From NCBI RefSeq assembly GCF_016432865.1, contig NC_067399.1:515344001-515408000 (forward strand): DNA of 64,000 nt, in the 5' to 3' direction. The first letter of the stretch is position 1, and every line of letters starts with the position of its first letter. Positions 59,501-64,000 of this stretch are shown here, piece after piece. The notes beneath the pieces were generated by a model. That model had not been told where the DNA came from, did no database searches, and worked only from the letters and a program-made list of their open reading frames with translations. The stretch comes from Antechinus flavipes (Eukaryota). The position numbers and the translations under genes are program-made.

Positions 59501-62156
59501 GGGTCCTGGCTCAGCCCTCTGTCCACCTACCTGCCTATTCAGTTATGGATTGGATTAAATGAACTCAGAAGTCCCATCCAAAGCTGTGATTCAATGAAAT
59601 ATGATTATTTGAGTTTGGGATACACTGAGCTAATTCTTGGTTTCTCTGGTCATGAGCAGTCCAAATTCCCCTCCAATTGAGATAATCTAGTAACTTTGTG
59701 GGGGTTCCTTTTTGTATATTTTGCCTTTCTCTTGTCTCTGGAGTGGGGGGTAGGGGCTCCTGAATAGAGCTTGAGATCCATGTCCCCTTCTCACAGATGG
59801 AAAGCTGCAGTGGGAGGAGGAGGCCACTGTGAACAGGCTGAAAAGCAATGAGGTAATATGGTATTCTTGGGGGACTCCCACTTGCTTGGGGGAGGTGGAT
59901 AGCCCGGAAATTCCCCACTGCTCCAGCCCAATATGCCTTGTGGGCTACATTCTCTCCACAAGAGGGCAGCCTGGGAACCCTGGAATTGGATATCTCCCTT
60001 CAGAATGAATTCTACTCAATAGGAGATGGAAAAAAAAAAAAAAGCTGGAGCCTGGGATTAGTGTCCTGGGAAAGGATTTTTGGATTGTTCTCTGTTTCTC
60101 ATTTCTTTTCATCCTTTCCCCCCCCCCTCACCTCCCCCCCCAGGTGACATTGACTTTGGCTGTACCTGAGTATAGCAATAAAAGAGTTTCACGGCCTGTC
60201 CAGGTCTATTTCTACGTCTCCAATGGAAGGAGGAAAAGAAGTCCTACCCAGAGCTTCAAGTTCCTGCCTGGTATGATGCCAGGAGGGCACGAGGTCTGGT
60301 AGGGAGGCTCAGTGGGCGCTTGATGAGAGAAGTGACATTGACCCCTGATTCAAAGAATGAGCCCTAGGGTGCCTGCCTCTTGACTGGGGTTCCTTTACTT
60401 CCCAGAGAAATGACCTCCACCCACTCCAAGGAGAAGTGAAGGAGAATTAAAGGGGTAGCAGGGATGGGGAGAGACTAAAGCAGAAGGCCCCTCACCTAGA
60501 ACCCCTTTTCATTGTTATATTTGTGTCCTTCCTGCTTCTTTCTCATCTTTCCCAGTGATCTTCAAAGAGGAGCCACTCCCAGATTCATCAATCCGTGGTT
60601 TTCCTTCAGCTCCTGGCCCTCCTTTTGGTACCGACATGGACTTCTCACCACCCCGACCCCCCTATTCTTCTTATCCCACTGATGATTCTTCCTATGAACC
60701 CCCATATTTGTCTGAGGGGTTCAACTTTGGGACACCCCCAGTCTATCCCCAGACAGGCCCTCCTTCCTATAGGCCTGGCCTGAGGTTGTTTCCAGAGCCT
60801 ACTGGGAGTTCTGGCTGCCCTCGTCCTCCTCCCCCTAATAGCTTTGTTCCTCGACCTTTCTCTGCTGACCCCTATGGAGGAGGTGGGGCACCCTTCTCCC
60901 TGGGGCTGCCTTTCCCACCACCAGCTGCCTACCAACCTCCACTGCCCTCCTCTCCCCAACCTGAGGGGCCCTTCTCACCCCAGGGTGCCCACCCTGCTGC
61001 TGAGGGCTATGATGAAGTGGGGTCAGGATATGGCACAGGGGAGGGAGCCCCAGAACAGGAGAAAGACAGGGGCAGCTATGGCAGTGGCTTCCGAGAGAGC
61101 GTCCCCATCCAGGGCATCACATTGGAAGAAGGTGGGTAGGTGGGGTCTGGGTGGGATACATATCTCTATGTCTGTGTCTTGCAGTTGGGAGGAGGCCTTA
61201 TCCAAATAGAATGGGATTTAGCCTTTTTTTTTTTTTTTTAGTGACAAAGATATGGCTTCCTGGGAATTGATCCTGCTAATACTTAAGGATGGACTTGGAT
61301 GAGAGTGCTAGAGGGAGGGAGGGAGATTATAATGGGCTTTGGGGTCTCCTCTAGATATTAATGAGCTTTTTGTCAAGTTGGGACTAGGCAGATTCTGGGA
61401 TACCCTCAGAGTATGTGTACAATGAGATTCTTTTGGTCTCTTGAGTGTAGCTGCCCTAAGAGAAGTATGGGGTGGTTCCAAACGCAGGGTTATATGTGAT
61501 GCTCTGTCCACCCCACCCCAGCCCTATTGCAACTATTCAAACTTTGGTTTCTTTTCTCATGTTAATGGCCAGCAGAATGGAGAAGGGGGGATTAACTGAT
61601 CATACTTTGCTATTGCTTTTGGCTGAAATTTCCCCCTTCTCCACAAATGGCTGCATGAAATTCTCTCTTTCCTTTTTCACACATGGTGGTGAAGATCTGA
61701 ATTCACCATCTAAGAGCCATTCAGATTACCCTCACCCCTGAGTGAAGTAGCATGGAAAGGACTCTATTCTATGGCTAAGGGTGTGGGAAGGAGAGAAGGG
61801 ACCCCGCATTAGAGAACAGGGCTGGTATTCTCTACAGTAGTGGAGATGACATAGGGGTTGGGAGTTGGAACCTCACTGGTGAAAGTGGGATAGCTTTGAG
61901 AAAAGAGGGACTAGGATCTATTTCAATTATCTGTTGGAGAAACTTAGACATAGTGGGAATACCTTGAGTTAAGCATAGGATCTAAAAGTTTTTAGGTTAT
62001 GGCCTGTCTGAAAGGGTCTGAGGCCTTTGGGGAGAGAGGGAACCTATTCCAACTTCCTTTTGCTCCTCATCCCACCTCTCCCTTCCAGTGAGTGAGATCA
62101 TTGGCCGAGACCTGAGTGGCTTCCCTGTGCCCCCTGGAGAAGAGCCTCCTGCCTGA
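50563..62156 (+). CDS. NFATC4: Nuclear factor of activated T cells, cytoplasmic 4 (NFAT3), 10 coding exons, 2709 nt, 902 aa
   Basis: Exons: 50563-50668, 51903-53001, 54705-54867, 55488-55687, 56685-56857, 57257-57397, 59797-59852, 60144-60270, 60556-61131, 62089-62156; all GT-AG and in phase. Starts [22 protein letters not shown]; calcineurin docking PSIRIT and DYLAVP; SRR/SP motifs; NLS KRR; Rel-homology [14 protein letters not shown]; C-terminal [13 protein letters not shown]; TGA at 62154-62156. Confidence 0.97.
59290..59530 (-). mobile_element. Mar1-type SINE in NFATC4 intron 6
   Basis: ggggttttcctggcaaagataccggag...gccatttcctcttcc...ttttacagatgaggaaactgaggcaaac. Related copies lie at ~46200-46320 and ~53810-54030. 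Confidence 0.7.
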
Positions 62157-62662
62157 ATTGTTGCTGTGGTGGTGTGCTCCACCTGCCCCCAAGCTCCCTC
62201 TGCCTGGATGGTGGCTTCTCCCTCCCCTCCCTCTCTCACTCCCTCACTGCCCTTCTTCCTTTCTCTTCCCTTCCCTGACCTCCTTCCCCCTCTATAGTTG
62301 TGGGGTAGAGTCCTCCTCTGGTGCTTCTTAATTCTACCTTTGGGTTCCTGGCCCCAAATCTAGCCTATGGTCTCACCCCACCAAGTGGTGCTACTTAGGA
62401 AGCCCTGGAGGCAGTGAGGACAAGATTTGGTATGGGGAGAGGGAATAGACTGGGGTGGGAGGATGGAACAAGTGGTGGGAGAGAAGGAGGCTTGGGAAGA
62501 TACAGGGAGCTTCTGGGGGATGGTCTCCTTGACTAGAGAGTGAAATGACTCCTGGTCCTGATAGAGGGGGCCCCTGGGATTCTGGTTAAGGGGTAAGGGG
62601 TGTATATAGATCATATGTACAGGATATGGTATATTGGATGGCAGGGGAGATTCTGTATTAAT

Positions 62663-62668
62663 AATAAA
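62663..62668 (+). terminator. Candidate NFATC4 polyadenylation signal AATAAA
   Basis: First AATAAA noticed after the stop codon (~500 nt downstream). Confidence 0.4.
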
Positions 62669-63015
62669 CTGCTCATTGGTTAGCATGATTGACTCAGAAT
62701 TATTTGGGGGAAGGGGAGATTGGGATAGGTTGTTTTCTAACTCTGATTTCAGGAAGCCAGTTGTATGGAGGAGAAAGAGGAAGGTTGGGTGGGTCTCCAA
62801 CTACTGGCTTGAACTCAAGAGTTTCCGGGAGGAAGTGAACTTGGTGAGGGAAGGAACTGGAGATCTGCTTTGTTGAAACTCATAGAGTTTGGGAGTGGGA
62901 AGGGAGTAAGGGGTGGGGTTGTTGGTTGAAGGAATGTTTCTCTTTAAAGTTCTGGCCAGGATAAAACTATTCCACCAGAAGTACAGCTCTACTACCAGAT
63001 AGAAGGTTCTTGAGA

Positions 63016-63107
63016 GAGGTGAATCTCCAAGATTTAGTTTTACCATTTGTCTCCCACTTGAGGTGAATCTCCAAGATTTAGTTTTACCATTTGTCTCCCA
63101 CTTGAGG
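63016..63107. repeat. Perfect 44-bp tandem duplication
   Basis: gaggtgaatctccaagatttagttttaccatttgtctcccactt at 63016-63059 and 63060-63103, followed by gagg. Confidence 0.95.
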
Positions 63108-63455
63108 CACTGAAGATTCATCTAGACAAGGGGCATTTCATCACTTGATGATAGGCTCTAGACCAATGTCCCTTCCAAGCTCAGAGATCATTTTCAAGCC
63201 CAACCTTGTCATTTTATAGACAAGGAAACAAGATAGAAGTGGCAAAATAAGTTGCTCATGATCACATGATCAGTGATGGAACTGGGACTAGAACCAAACC
63301 CAGGGAGCTTTCATAATTCAGTCCAATTCCCTGAACTTTTGAAGCTGTGAAGCTACTTAGTCTGTGGTCAGTGAAATCTGTGTTCTTTGAATTGACTTCC
63401 TAGGAATGTACATATATTTGCTCTAATATTCCTGGCTCCTCATCCCAATCCCTAG

Positions 63456-63460
<5 letters not shown>

Positions 63461-63509
<49 letters not shown>
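63461..63509. repeat. (AC)n microsatellite
   Basis: Read directly. Confidence 0.95.
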
Positions 63510-63510
<1 letters not shown>

Positions 63511-64000
63511 GCAAAATTAGAGAAATAGACTACAGCTGGAAATCAAAGAGAAAAGCAACAGGGGTCTAGTCCAGCTCTGAACTCCTTGGTATTATACTCT
63601 GGCAAGCTTAATTAACGCAAGAATTTCCTTGTCAGCAGCATTGATACCTCCCATTGGTTGCATAGGAGCATCAGAAGACCTTAGTTATAAGATCCTTAAT
63701 CAGTGATAAGCCTCAATTACCATTTTGAATATCTTCTCCTATCCTTAGATGTGGTAATCTTGTGATTTTGTTTCCAGGGCTGATTTGGGGAAGGGGAGGA
63801 ATCCTTATAAATTCTTATCACCAAAAAGGTACATGATATTCTCTGGTGTAGGATCTTAGACTGTAAAAAATAGCATTAATGGTTTTACTCTTATCAATCT
63901 AATTAAATGACTGCTATATGCTAAGCACTGTTCTAAGCTTGAGGGATACAACAACAAAAATGGAATCCTTGTTCTCCTTAAATTTGCATTTTTACTAGGG

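Noticed and set aside
1-64000. CRISPR arrays, rRNA or tRNA genes
   Set aside because: Eukaryotic locus; no repeat-spacer arrays, and tRNA-like boxes occur only in SINE heads.

Overview
Mammalian genomic DNA, almost certainly marsupial and probably dasyurid (inferred from WSINE1-like and Mar1-like SINEs, a recurrent L1 3' end and an OC1-type hAT MITE). It is syntenic with the human 14q12 block LTB4R2-LTB4R-ADCY4-RIPK3-NFATC4. Four genes are intact: LTB4R2 (+, 359 aa), LTB4R (+, 349 aa), ADCY4 (-, 25 coding exons, 1073 aa) and NFATC4 (+, 10 coding exons, 902 aa), with all coding junctions read as GT-AG and in phase. Main discovery: where RIPK3 should be (~32.9-39.2 kb, - strand) there is no intact gene but a decayed, intron-containing unitary RIPK3 pseudogene that the ORF track misses. 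Collinear remnants of exons 2-8 (and probably 1, 9, 10) show a destroyed Gly-rich loop, HRD->HKY, DFG->GFS, APE->ASM, several stops and frameshifts, and a probable eroded RHIM. This looks like the molecular fossil of necroptosis loss in marsupials. All comparisons to human or mouse sequences are from memory, not from an alignment run, and repeat boundaries are approximate.
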